Of a stretch of DNA of 64,000 nucleotides, positions 28,397 through 37,927 are shown piece after piece (the stretch's first letter is position 1; each line of letters starts with the position of its first letter). The stretch is from an uncultured virus (IMG/VR IMGVR_UViG_3300032270_000884). Lineage: Duplodnaviria; Heunggongvirae; Uroviricota; Caudoviricetes. The DNA lies in the IMG/VR virus record IMGVR_UViG_3300032270_000884, one strand, 5' to 3'. Below the pieces are notes generated by a model. The model had not been told where the DNA came from, did no database searches, and saw only the letters and a list, made by a program, of their open reading frames with translations. A program made the position numbers and the translations under genes.

Positions 28397-30352
28397 ATGA
28401 ACATAATTACTAATAATGATCAATTAGATGAGATGGTTGCGTACTACCTTGGACAAGATGCATTTGCTTTTGACGTTGAAACGGTCGGAGACCGCAGAGG
28501 CGATACTCCTGTTAACGAGGTTCTTTGGATTACTTTTTCTACCCATGGTAGGTGTGATGTTATTCCTATGGGTCACCCTAATGGTGATTTAGTAGAGGTT
28601 GTTTACCCACTTACTGGTCAAGGTGAAAAACGAGTAGAGCAGGGATTACCGGCACGACCAAGCGATTATTCAAGAGATGCCAGAAAAGCAACAAAAGTTT
28701 TTACAGACCCCCCAACACAGTTATTTCCAGCAGAGGTTTTTTCTTCCCTTAAACCTCTTATGTTTAATGACAGTATTTTAAAAATTGGCCACAACTTAGT
28801 ATTCGATTTAACTTCAGTAGCAAAGTACTACGGGGGAGTATTTCCCGTAGGTCCTTACTTTGACACGATGATTGCCTCGTTTTTATACGACAACCGTAAT
28901 AAAAACAGATGTGGACTTGCCGATTGCTTAAAGCGTGAAATCGGTTTTCAAATGGAAAAGGGCGTAGGCGCTCAAGTAGAAATTTACTCTTTTGACGAGG
29001 TGGCTAAGTACGCTTATTTAGATGCTAAGTACACGTTTTTACTATGGAAGATCCTTGTAAAGAAGTTAGAGGAGAACCAAGTAACTGGCGTAATGAAGCT
29101 TGAGATGGATGTTCTTAAAGTTCTTTGCGACATGAAACTAACCGGCGCACCTATTGATATGGATGCTTTAACCGTTTTAGATGCTCAATTAAAGATTGAC
29201 ATTGAAACAGCAAAGGCTGAGATTTTTAAGGTAGCAGGGCAACAGTTCAATATTAACTCAAACGTTGATAAGCAAGTAATTTTATATGGTCCTAAGTCCG
29301 AAGGCGGTCGTGGCCTCAAGCCAAAGATTATTACAGCAAAAGGCGGAGACTCAGTTTCAGCAGAAGCGCTTGAAGCCTACAGAGGACAAGATCCTTTAGT
29401 TGACGCTTTATTAACCTACGCTGATTTAAATAAATTACACACTACATACGTTGTTCCATACTTAGGTGGAGAAGTCACACGTACTACAGCAGGGAAGGTG
29501 CGAGTTGAAACAAAAGACAGTTTACTCATTAACAATAGAATCCATTGTGATTTTATACAGCATGGTGCAGAAACAGGGCGATTCTCAAGTCGTAACCCAA
29601 ACTTACAAAACGTACCAGCGCCACACACGGCACACGGTAAAGCAATTCGCAACCTCTTTAAAGCTCCAGAAGGATACAAATTTGTTGTAGCCGATTACTC
29701 GCAGATTGAACCCAGAGTTATTGCTTCGTTTTCAAAAGACCCAATTATGGTAGAAAACTACAAAAACGGTGGAGATATTTACACAACCGTAGGTAATGAG
29801 ATGGGTGTTGACCGCAAGGCTGGAAAAGTATTAGTTCTAGCAATGTCTTATGGCGTAGGCCCAGAGAAAATTGCTCGTTCAATTGGTTGTACCAAGCAAG
29901 AGGCTAGGGATCTTTTAGACCGTTTTTCCGCACGATTTCCGTCTATTAACTCTTACCGAATTAAGGTTTTAGTTTCAACCAGAAAACAAGGTAATAAAGA
30001 GAAACCTGTTCCATACGTAACAACCATCCTCGGTAGACGCCGGTACTTACCTGAGATTAACTCCTCAGATAAGATGGATAAGTCTGGCGCAGAACGTCAG
30101 GCTTTTAATACCAAGATTCAAGGTTCGGCCGCCGACATCATTAAATTAGCCATGATTCGAGCCCACAGCTTAATCCCTAAAGAGGCTAAACTTATACTTA
30201 CCGTTCACGACGAATTGGTAACTTTAACACCAGACCGTCTGGTTGAAGACACTAAGGCAGCAATTAAAGAAGCCATGGAAGGCATAAACCTCTTAGAGGT
30301 GCCTCTTGTAGCCGACATTACGGTTGTTGATCGATGGGGAGAGGCTAAGTAA
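28397..30352 (+). CDS. polA: family A DNA polymerase with 3'-5' exonuclease
   Basis: DVET, HN..FD, YA..D exonuclease motifs; TGRFSS.NPNLQN, ADYSQIEPR, RQAFNTKIQGSAAD, VHDEL. Confidence 0.97.
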   Translation: MNIITNNDQLDEMVAYYLGQDAFAFDVETVGDRRGDTPVNEVLWITFSTHGRCDVIPMGHPNGDLVEVVYPLTGQGEKRVEQGLPARPSDYSRDARKATKVFTDPPTQLFPAEVFSSLKPLMFNDSILKIGHNLVFDLTSVAKYYGGVFPVGPYFDTMIASFLYDNRNKNRCGLADCLKREIGFQMEKGVGAQVEIYSFDEVAKYAYLDAKYTFLLWKILVKKLEENQVTGVMKLEMDVLKVLCDMKLTGAPIDMDALTVLDAQLKIDIETAKAEIFKVAGQQFNINSNVDKQVILYGPKSEGGRGLKPKIITAKGGDSVSAEALEAYRGQDPLVDALLTYADLNKLHTTYVVPYLGGEVTRTTAGKVRVETKDSLLINNRIHCDFIQHGAETGRFSSRNPNLQNVPAPHTAHGKAIRNLFKAPEGYKFVVADYSQIEPRVIASFSKDPIMVENYKNGGDIYTTVGNEMGVDRKAGKVLVLAMSYGVGPEKIARSIGCTKQEARDLLDRFSARFPSINSYRIKVLVSTRKQGNKEKPVPYVTTILGRRRYLPEINSSDKMDKSGAERQAFNTKIQGSAADIIKLAMIRAHSLIPKEAKLILTVHDELVTLTPDRLVEDTKAAIKEAMEGINLLEVPLVADITVVDRWGEAK

Positions 30353-30804
30353 TGAGTTGGAAATTTTGGAAAAAATCTCCCAAGTACACAATAGAAAGCA
30401 CCGTAACAGAGGTGCCTTTACCAGTTTTGGCTCGTTGGTACTTTTACGACGCTGGTTTAGAAGACCCAAATAAAATTGCAAGCCTTGTTGGAATGATGCC
30501 AGTAAGTGACGAGGGTGAAGAACAAGAAGAGTCCGAAAGCGACGCTCGTTTAATTAACGTTATGCCTTTAGTCCCTTTTTTAGAAACTATCGCAGATATA
30601 AACGCTAGGGCAATTACCGCTCTTCAGTTTGACCATTACACAAAAGACCAAGGGATGGATGAAGCCCAGCTATCCCATGAAAAAGAACATATAGAAGACA
30701 TGTACGTTCAAGTTGGGTATTCAGCCCTTTTATCCGCTTTTGCATCTGGTTTAGAATTGGGTATTATCAGCACTAATACAGTCAAAGGAGATATCCAAAT
30801 ATGA
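30352..30804 (+). CDS. hypothetical protein
   Basis: 150 aa, coupled to polA stop. Confidence 0.65.
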   Translation: MSWKFWKKSPKYTIESTVTEVPLPVLARWYFYDAGLEDPNKIASLVGMMPVSDEGEEQEESESDARLINVMPLVPFLETIADINARAITALQFDHYTKDQGMDEAQLSHEKEHIEDMYVQVGYSALLSAFASGLELGIISTNTVKGDIQI

Positions 30805-31163
30805 GTTGGTGGGCAGATAAATTAGGTCAACCTCAACCGCAAACACGTCCTTCTAATATGCCTCCTATGCCCCCGTCACAGCAACCTATGACGTACGCAC
30901 CACCAGCACAGCCACAGCAAGGCGCTCGCCCAACAGCATCAGCAAATGCATCACGATGCCCAGGTTGCGGAAGCGGAAACTACGGATCAGTTGAAGGAAC
31001 TAAACCACGTTGTTATGACTGCGGTTACCCAATTGTGCAAAGCGGTAGCGGTTTAGGTAAAGGAATTACTGGTGGTCCACAGGCTTCAGGACCAGCACAG
31101 CCCGCAGTTCAAGTAGCAACAGGCGGTTGGAATCCAACAACAATAATCGGAAAGTTAGGTTAA
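30801..31163 (+). CDS. Pro/Gln-rich zinc-ribbon protein
   Basis: CPGCGS...CYDCGYP. Confidence 0.7.
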   Translation: MSWWADKLGQPQPQTRPSNMPPMPPSQQPMTYAPPAQPQQGARPTASANASRCPGCGSGNYGSVEGTKPRCYDCGYPIVQSGSGLGKGITGGPQASGPAQPAVQVATGGWNPTTIIGKLG

Positions 31164-32251
31164 TGACTAAAGTGGCGCTCAATTCGGAATTATTAAAAGT
31201 CGTAGCAAAATTAAATAAGAAGTTTGGCGCTGAAACAATTGTTCTTGGCACAGATATTAGAGACGATTTAATTGGAAGAATTACAACAGGGTCACTTGCG
31301 CTAGATGTAGCTTTAGGTGGAGGTTGGCCAACCAATCAATGGCATGAAATTGTTGGAGAAGAATCCAACGGTAAAACAGCAATTGCTCTTAAAACCATTG
31401 CGGCTAACCAAGCAAAAGACCCAAACTTTACAACGGTATGGGTTGCTGCTGAGCAATGGGTACCGTCATACGCAGAGTTGTGCGGCGTTGACTTAGCAAG
31501 AGTTTTAGTTATTTCAACAAATATTATGGAGGAAGCTTATGAGGCGGTTATTCAAGTCGTGGAAAGCAAGGGTGCTGATTGCATTGTTATTGACTCACTC
31601 CCTGCTCTTGTTCCAGGAGCGGAAGATGAGAAAGAAATGGATGAGTACACCGTTGGACGAGGAGCGCTCTTAACCAATAAGTTTTTCCGCAAAGTTGGTA
31701 TTGCCTCAAAGCGTAGCCTCATTGAAGTAGAACGCCCATTTATTGGAATTATGATTAACCAATGGCGTGACAAAGTTGGAGTTATGTACGGAGATCCAAG
31801 AACCACACCGGGCGGTAAAGGAAAAAACTACAGTTACTTCACGCGAGTTGAGGTAAAGCGCGATGAGTGGGTTGAGGTAGGTAGCGGTGATAACAAGCAG
31901 CGTATTGGCCAAACTATTAAAGCCAGAACTATTAAGAACAAGTCAGCCCCACCCTCACAGGTTGCCTATCTAGATTTTTACTTTGCCGAAGGTGGGACCG
32001 TAGCCCCCGGAAGTTACGATTTTGCTAAAGAAATCGTTGCTTTAGGCATTATTAACAAGGTAATTGTTCGAGCTGGGGCCTACTACCGTTACACTTTTAA
32101 CGGAGAGCAAAGGCAGTGGCAAGGCGCAGATGCTATGGTTACGTCTATTAAAGAAGAAATTGATTTGCGAGAAACACTGGAGAAGGATGTTCTTGAAACC
32201 GTCAAAGCTGGATCTAAGTACGTTGTAGAGCCAGAAGAAGATGAAGACTAA
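31163..32251 (+). CDS. recA: RecA-like recombinase
   Basis: TTGSLALDVALGGG, GEESNGKT, IVIDSL.AL, INQWR, TTPGG motifs; start at TAATG 31163. Confidence 0.95.
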   Translation: MTKVALNSELLKVVAKLNKKFGAETIVLGTDIRDDLIGRITTGSLALDVALGGGWPTNQWHEIVGEESNGKTAIALKTIAANQAKDPNFTTVWVAAEQWVPSYAELCGVDLARVLVISTNIMEEAYEAVIQVVESKGADCIVIDSLPALVPGAEDEKEMDEYTVGRGALLTNKFFRKVGIASKRSLIEVERPFIGIMINQWRDKVGVMYGDPRTTPGGKGKNYSYFTRVEVKRDEWVEVGSGDNKQRIGQTIKARTIKNKSAPPSQVAYLDFYFAEGGTVAPGSYDFAKEIVALGIINKVIVRAGAYYRYTFNGEQRQWQGADAMVTSIKEEIDLRETLEKDVLETVKAGSKYVVEPEEDED

Positions 32252-32579
32252 AGGACAAAAGGAGTCAAGGAAGCACGAGGATAGACTCGCTAAGAAGATC
32301 GGCGGGCAGCGAACTGCTGCAAGCGGAGCATTCTGGAGTCGAAAAGGTGATGTCAGATCCAAAGATTTGCTCGTAGAGCATAAATGGACTGGCAAAGCTT
32401 CCGTATCCGTTAAGGCTGCGGTTTTAGAAAAGATTGTCACAGAAGCAATTCTTGATGGTCGAACACCTGTTCTCGGCTTCCACCTTAATGGTGAAAATTA
32501 CGTAATGTTAACTGAAGACGATTTTCTAGAGCTGCGCCAATTACTATTGGAGTGCTCTTGTACGAAGATGAAGGCGTAG
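32241..32579 (+). CDS. PD-(D/E)xK Holliday-junction resolvase-like nuclease
   Basis: HE..LAK..GG....SGA....KGDV......EHK. Confidence 0.75.
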   Translation: MKTKGQKESRKHEDRLAKKIGGQRTAASGAFWSRKGDVRSKDLLVEHKWTGKASVSVKAAVLEKIVTEAILDGRTPVLGFHLNGENYVMLTEDDFLELRQLLLECSCTKMKA

Positions 32580-32878
32580 AGAAGTGGCGTTATCAGGCTA
32601 AATGCCGAGGCATGTGCGACAGCCCAGAGACCGATTATTGGTTTCCTCCACGCGACAAAACTAAATATAAACCTATTGCTGACAAGGCTAAGGCAGTTTG
32701 CTTTGGCAAAGATGGTAAGGCAGAATGTCCAGTGAGACTAGAGTGCCTTTTGTATTCGGATCAAAACGATGAACAACACGGTATATGGGGCGGTTTATCT
32801 CACCGAGAGCGGAATGCTCTTAAAAGAAAAGCCGTTAAAAACGGAAAAACATTAGAGGAATGGGTTAAAAAGAAATGA
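32552..32878 (+). CDS. whiB: WhiB-family transcription factor
   Basis: four conserved Cys (AKC, AKAVC, CPVRLEC) and GIWGG..ER. Confidence 0.93.
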   Translation: MLLYEDEGVEKWRYQAKCRGMCDSPETDYWFPPRDKTKYKPIADKAKAVCFGKDGKAECPVRLECLLYSDQNDEQHGIWGGLSHRERNALKRKAVKNGKTLEEWVKKK

Positions 32879-33738
32879 AACCAACTGGTGCATTGAAAGC
32901 ATTTTTAGCAGCAGATAAAGGCACCAGAGTAATTGGTAAAGTTGAAAAACATCTTATTTCAAAACCACGAGATTTTCGTGCATCAGATGTAATCCACCCA
33001 TCAGAGATGGCATCAGCAAGTTGGTGCCACCGTGCACAATACTTTTGGTTAAAAGGTCATGCTCCTAAACCAGAAATCATGAGTCTTAGAAAAGCATCTA
33101 TCTTTGGCACTGGCCACGCAACGCACGATTTATGGCAAACTTGGTTTAAAGAAATGAACCAAATCAAAGGCCTTTGGTATTGCTACACACATGATTTAGA
33201 GTGGTTTGGTCTTAATGGCGATCACGAGGATGGAAACTGTAAAACAAAGTACAACGAAGTTCCTGTATTTTTTGACCCACTTCGTATTTCAGGTAAAGCA
33301 GATGGTTGGTTAGTTAATTTTGGTGAACCGCTGTTGCTTGAGGTAAAAACAATTGGTGAAGGAAGCATTCGTTGGTACGCACCAGACATTGCGTACGCAA
33401 ATGATAATGATTTTAAAAAGATGTGGGCAAATACAAACGCTCCATTTCTGGAACATATCCATCAAGCTCAAATTTATATGAAATTACTAGAGTTAATGGG
33501 TCAACCAAATGCTCCTCAAGAGGCTTTAATTTTGTACGAAGCAAAGGGTTTGCACGAGCATAAAGAGTTTGTAATCCAAAAAAGTGACTGGGGCATTGCA
33601 GAACTGTTTGAGGCGGCAGCCAACATCATTTCAGCAATTGACAGGGGTGCCCCTCCTCAATGTAATATTAACGGTACCGAAGGGTGCGGTAAATGCAGTC
33701 ACTACGTGGAGGAAAAACTTGAGCGAATTAGCAATTAA
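32875..33738 (+). CDS. Cas4-like PD-(D/E)xK exonuclease
   Basis: HPSE...C, GH..H, GKADG...LEVKT, QAQIYM, C-terminal C..C..C. Confidence 0.8.
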   Translation: MKPTGALKAFLAADKGTRVIGKVEKHLISKPRDFRASDVIHPSEMASASWCHRAQYFWLKGHAPKPEIMSLRKASIFGTGHATHDLWQTWFKEMNQIKGLWYCYTHDLEWFGLNGDHEDGNCKTKYNEVPVFFDPLRISGKADGWLVNFGEPLLLEVKTIGEGSIRWYAPDIAYANDNDFKKMWANTNAPFLEHIHQAQIYMKLLELMGQPNAPQEALILYEAKGLHEHKEFVIQKSDWGIAELFEAAANIISAIDRGAPPQCNINGTEGCGKCSHYVEEKLERISN

Positions 33739-34216
33739 TCCCGGCACTAGCCAACCAGTAATAGAAAGTTTACAACTTCAAGGGTTTCAATTTCAGACAC
33801 GCATGGAGATGCAACTGCCAAATGTACCGGCAGACATTACCGAGTTAGACGATGAAAGCCTAATGCAGTTGTTTGGAGAACTAACCGCATACGCTAACTT
33901 TTTATCAGTTCAATTTGCTTGCGCCGCAATTGACGAAAAAAATGCAGATCAAGTATTAGATATGGAAGAAAGTAAAAACTACATATCTTCGTATGAAGAG
34001 AACAAAAAAGAGACTGTAACAATTATGAAAGCAAGAATGGCTGCCGATCCTACAATTATTCATTTGCGTGAAGGATTAGCCGCTAAATATGCGTATCGCA
34101 AACTGATTGAAGTTATGGTTAATAACATAGATAGAAGCACACAATTAGTAAGCCGAGAGTTAACTCGTCGTACTTCAAATAGTTCTTTACAGCGTTCCGC
34201 TAGGATGTTCCCATGA
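33719..34216 (+). CDS. coiled-coil protein (possible recombination mediator)
   Basis: helical, ends LVSRELTRR; start uncertain (TTG 33719 behind GGAGG). Confidence 0.55.
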   Translation: MSELAINPGTSQPVIESLQLQGFQFQTRMEMQLPNVPADITELDDESLMQLFGELTAYANFLSVQFACAAIDEKNADQVLDMEESKNYISSYEENKKETVTIMKARMAADPTIIHLREGLAAKYAYRKLIEVMVNNIDRSTQLVSRELTRRTSNSSLQRSARMFP

Positions 34217-34782
34217 GATTAAAGACTTTTGGAGACGGGGTTACACCCAACGAAAAGTGTTGGGTAGGCATCGATCAGTCATATAGTGGATTTGCTATAA
34301 CCGTTTTGAGCGAAGACGGATCATACGAAACCACAGTCGCTAAGTTTGATAGCAGTGGCGGTGAACGTCTTGAGGAGATTCAGGAACACCTTTTAGAAAC
34401 CATGCATCGAACAGTAGGGTGCTGTAAGGTCCAAGATGTTGCTATGGAAGGTTACGCTTACGGATCCATTATGGCCAATAAATTGGGAGAACTAGGCGGG
34501 GTTGTAAAACTAACCTTGCATAGCCTTAACGATATTGGTAACGGAAAAGACCCGCTAATTGTTCCCCCAACAAGCCTAAAGAAGTACGTAACTGGCCGAG
34601 GCACTGGGGTACAAAAGAACCAAATGCTTTTGCAAGTGTTTAAAAAATGGGGGGTTGAATTCCCAGACGATAATGCCGCTGATTCATATGGGCTAGCGCA
34701 CATTGTTTCAGGAAAGGGTAGTATGGCCTATGAGAAAGAAATTTACGATAAGCTGAACACAGCAGAAAGTAGAGAACGATAA
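34213..34782 (+). CDS. RuvC-like resolvase
   Basis: VGIDQS, MEGY, LGELGG, P..LKKYVTG.G...K, DN.ADSY. Confidence 0.9.
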   Translation: MRLKTFGDGVTPNEKCWVGIDQSYSGFAITVLSEDGSYETTVAKFDSSGGERLEEIQEHLLETMHRTVGCCKVQDVAMEGYAYGSIMANKLGELGGVVKLTLHSLNDIGNGKDPLIVPPTSLKKYVTGRGTGVQKNQMLLQVFKKWGVEFPDDNAADSYGLAHIVSGKGSMAYEKEIYDKLNTAESRER

Positions 34783-34979
34783 TGGAATCAAATAAGAGAA
34801 CTGCTATTAAAACAGTCAGTTGGGAAACATTCCACCTTGTTGGTGTTGCTGGTGTTCTTTACTTGTTCACTGGTGAGTGGGAGTACGCAAGCTTAGGCGC
34901 TTTGTTGTACATCGCATGGGAAGCCGTTGGTTATTACATCCATGAACGCCTTTGGACAAAGGTTAAGAAGTTTAAGTAA
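34782..34979 (+). CDS. DUF2061-like small membrane protein
   Basis: RT..KTVSW...YYIHERLW. Confidence 0.75.
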   Translation: MESNKRTAIKTVSWETFHLVGVAGVLYLFTGEWEYASLGALLYIAWEAVGYYIHERLWTKVKKFK

Positions 34980-35146
34980 TGCCTAAATATGATTTTACTT
35001 GCGTACCTTGCGATAGCACGGTAGAAATGCATTTATCGTTTGATGCAACCGACCGCCCTGCTTGTGATCGTTGCGGTAATTTTATGACAAAGGTTTGGAC
35101 ACCACCAGCAGTTCAATTTAAAGGCGGAGGATGGGGAGGACAATGA
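34979..35146 (+). CDS. FmdB-family zinc-ribbon protein (55 aa)
   Basis: MPKYDFTCVPC...CDRCG...FKGGGW. Confidence 0.85.
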   Translation: MPKYDFTCVPCDSTVEMHLSFDATDRPACDRCGNFMTKVWTPPAVQFKGGGWGGQ

Positions 35147-35316
35147 CAATTACTTCATGGGTCGGTGAGGATTTACTTGTAAACGGTTTACCTGTACTAG
35201 TTGCAGATGATGATTTTATTGAACATTTGCATGAGTTAGGTTTTGCTGAAACTATTGAAGTTAATGACTTAGTGTTTGAGTGGTTAGATTGGGCTAAGGA
35301 AAACGTTAATGAGTAA
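35143..35316 (+). CDS. acidic hypothetical protein
   Basis: ATGA overlap, GGAGG RBS. Confidence 0.6.
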   Translation: MTITSWVGEDLLVNGLPVLVADDDFIEHLHELGFAETIEVNDLVFEWLDWAKENVNE

Positions 35317-35539
35317 GACACAAGAAAAACGCGCTCGCCGTCAGGCAGAGGCGGACGACTTTGTAAGAGAACGCCGTAAATTTCAAATTACTACGTTTGA
35401 ACACAACTTTGACACAGGTATGCGTTTTTATATGGAAAACAAAGAAAAGATGTCTGAAGAAGAGCAGGCATTAATCGAGGCCGAAATTGAAAAAAATCGG
35501 GTTTTGATAGAGGAGTTTAAAGAAAAATGGAACGTATGA
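35309..35539 (+). CDS. hypothetical protein
   Basis: 76 aa, AAGGA RBS. Confidence 0.65.
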   Translation: MSKTQEKRARRQAEADDFVRERRKFQITTFEHNFDTGMRFYMENKEKMSEEEQALIEAEIEKNRVLIEEFKEKWNV

Positions 35540-35718
35540 ACTTAGACCTTAGAGACAAAAACGCTCCGCTTGAGATTTGCGTGTGCGGGTCAACCCTGTG
35601 GAACGTAAAAGCCCAGTTTGAAGAGGGTGAGATATCCCTATATATGCTGGACATGGAGTGTTACCTTTGTGGCTCTTTAGCCACCGCCCCAACCCCTATC
35701 GACTATAGGACTGTTTAG
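35527..35718 (+). CDS. small Cys-containing protein
   Basis: CVCGS...CYLCGS. Confidence 0.65.
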   Translation: MERMNLDLRDKNAPLEICVCGSTLWNVKAQFEEGEISLYMLDMECYLCGSLATAPTPIDYRTV

Positions 35719-35793
35719 CATTACACCTTGGGTAATTGCCTTCATAATTTAGGCAAGGAGAGATCCACTATACGTAACCCCGAGGTGCATAAA

Positions 35794-36075
35794 ATGACTA
35801 CAGATCCAAAAGAAGAACAAGTTTTGCGTGTAGGCGCAGGTTCTAATCCCCAATCAGTTGCTTCAGCCATCGCTCACAGTGTTTATGAAACACGTGGGTG
35901 CAAAATCCGTGCTGTAGGCGCTGGTGCAGTAAACCAAGCAGTTAAGGCAATTGCTATCGCTAGAGGCTATACAGCCCCAAGAGGTATCGATCTTGTCTGC
36001 GTACCAGGGTTTGCAAGCATTGAAAGTCACGATGGACAGATTTCTGCCATCGTATTTGAAGTAAAAACCAGCTAA
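35794..36075 (+). CDS. spoVS: SpoVS-family protein
   Basis: LRV...SNP.SVA.AIA ... AVGAGAVNQAVKAIAIARGY.AP.GIDL.C.PGF. Confidence 0.92.
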   Translation: MTTDPKEEQVLRVGAGSNPQSVASAIAHSVYETRGCKIRAVGAGAVNQAVKAIAIARGYTAPRGIDLVCVPGFASIESHDGQISAIVFEVKTS

Positions 36076-36120
36076 TACTGGTACATTTAATTTTCCAACC
36101 TTTGGCCGAAGGATATAAAT

Positions 36121-36450
36121 ATGAAAGATTCAACTAAGAACCCATCACCAATTGCTCCATCTTCATTAGAAGCAGGCTCTGCGCCTATTGCAAAGACCTC
36201 AGCACCTAAGAGTGGAACACTTGTAAAGAAGTCCGGTAACGCTAAAGGCGGAACCGATTGGACTAAGCAAGCCGCACCAGCACGCACAAAAGTAACAGCA
36301 ACAAGCGGTGCTAAGTACGGCATTACTGCAAAAATTCCTGCATATAAACCATCAGAAGCTGGGGCAACTCAGGGTAACGGTCGTTTGTTTCAGGCAGCTG
36401 TCAACCGCACTGCTCCTAATTTCAAGGACGGCGTAAGCAGCCAATCCTAG
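36121..36450 (+). CDS. basic low-complexity protein
   Basis: 109 aa K/A/S/T-rich, followed by terminator. Confidence 0.7.
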   Translation: MKDSTKNPSPIAPSSLEAGSAPIAKTSAPKSGTLVKKSGNAKGGTDWTKQAAPARTKVTATSGAKYGITAKIPAYKPSEAGATQGNGRLFQAAVNRTAPNFKDGVSSQS

Positions 36451-36467
36451 TTAGTTACTAGGCGTCT

Positions 36468-36494
36468 GCCCCCCAACGTAATGGGGGGCTTTCT
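36468..36494 (+). terminator. intrinsic terminator
   Basis: GCCCCCCA...TGGGGGC hairpin followed by TTTCT. Confidence 0.7.
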
Positions 36495-36520
36495 ACTTTG
36501 TATGAATTACAACAGTGTGA

Positions 36521-36757
36521 TTGAATAGGGCCGTGGAAAAACTGCCTTCAAACGCACGAGGATATTGCTCTGTTGCCAATTGGTTAGCGGACAAAGACGA
36601 AGTCTTTAGTAAAGAGTTTGAGGAGTTATTAGCAAATGACTCAGCGTCCACAGCTAGCCTGCATAGATTTTTATATGCAAACAACGATAACTTCCCAAAA
36701 CTAACTGCATTCAAATCTCACAGAAATAAATGGTGCTCATGTGGCTCTAAAAGATGA
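36521..36757 (+). CDS. small protein upstream of phosphoesterase
   Basis: C...HR..CSC motif; start uncertain. Confidence 0.6.
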   Translation: MNRAVEKLPSNARGYCSVANWLADKDEVFSKEFEELLANDSASTASLHRFLYANNDNFPKLTAFKSHRNKWCSCGSKR

Positions 36758-37913
36758 ATATAGCGAATTTATAAAAGCAGGAAATGAAGGATCAGACAGC
36801 GTAACAAAAGACATACCAGATGCGTGGAGACCACGTTCTGAAATTGGTACAGATGGCGGTTTTGTAGTTTCAACACCAAGACCAGACGGCAATACTCCCG
36901 GTGCCGAAGAAATTTTACGGGAAGCAAATTTAGATCCAGCAGAGTGGGCCGTTATTTCCCACCGGCGCTCACGCTGGCAAAAGTATGATGGCGATTGGTT
37001 AGAATCATTTAGAGTCAACGTAGTTCCAGTTCATCCGCATGGGCAAGCAGATTACGATCAAGAGCAACTATTAGAACAAGTTATTAACTGGAAACCAGAA
37101 AAGGTTGAGCATTACAAAGGTGAGCTAACAGCAGTTTACAGCGTTGGTGACACCCAATACGGTAAAGATGACACGCCAGCCATTATTGAAAGAATGCTTA
37201 AGTCATTAGATGAATCAGTAGAACGCCATAAGTATTTAGCTGGCAAGTACGGCATTAATCAGATTGCACTTCCACAACTTGGCGATTGTATTGAAGGTAT
37301 GACAAGCCAAAAAGGTAAAGTAATGGGACGTCATGACATAGGTGTTTCAGAACAAGTGCGTGTAGGCCGCAGAGTTCTTATGGCTCAAATTAAGGCAATG
37401 GCGCCATTTGCAGAAAAAATTATTGTCCCAGTAGTACCGGGTAACCATGACGAAGTTCAACGTTTCCTCCTAGGGCGACCAGAAGATTCATGGCAAATTG
37501 AAGTTGTTGCATCGGTTGCAGACATTTGCGCTGAAAATGATTTCCTTAAAGATCGTGTAGAATTTAGATTCCCAGCCGCTGATGACAGCACTTTAACTGT
37601 TAATTTAAGCGGAACAATGTACGGAATGGCTCACGGGCACCAAGCAAGAGACATGGTTAAGTGGTGGGCGGGTCAGGTTATGGGCCGTTGTTCAGTTGCA
37701 AACGCTGACATCCTTAACGTTGGTCACTACCACCACTATCGTGCACAGAGTGTTGGACCACGTTTATTTGTTCAAAACCCAGCAATGGACGGTGGCTCGG
37801 CTTGGTTTAGAGATAAATCAGGACTTGAGTCCGCCCCCGGAATCATTTCAATGGTTGTTGGGGAAGGTTTTGATCCTCGCAAGGAGTTAACCGTACTTGC
37901 TGGGGTTCGCTAA
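36741..37913 (+). CDS. calcineurin-like metallophosphoesterase
   Basis: GDTQ, LGDCIE, PGNHDE, AHGH, GHYHH. Confidence 0.9.
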   Translation: MALKDEYSEFIKAGNEGSDSVTKDIPDAWRPRSEIGTDGGFVVSTPRPDGNTPGAEEILREANLDPAEWAVISHRRSRWQKYDGDWLESFRVNVVPVHPHGQADYDQEQLLEQVINWKPEKVEHYKGELTAVYSVGDTQYGKDDTPAIIERMLKSLDESVERHKYLAGKYGINQIALPQLGDCIEGMTSQKGKVMGRHDIGVSEQVRVGRRVLMAQIKAMAPFAEKIIVPVVPGNHDEVQRFLLGRPEDSWQIEVVASVADICAENDFLKDRVEFRFPAADDSTLTVNLSGTMYGMAHGHQARDMVKWWAGQVMGRCSVANADILNVGHYHHYRAQSVGPRLFVQNPAMDGGSAWFRDKSGLESAPGIISMVVGEGFDPRKELTVLAGVR

Positions 37914-37927
37914 CTTACAATTAGAAC

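Noticed and set aside
33584..33718. Long 5' extensions given by the ORF track (also 26690, 31127, 35728, 53850, 57969, 61516)
   Set aside because: They overlap upstream genes or promoters; downstream starts have better RBS or coupling
32875..33738. Cas4-like gene as evidence of a CRISPR system
   Set aside because: Stand-alone nuclease in a recombination operon; no cas1, cas2 or array
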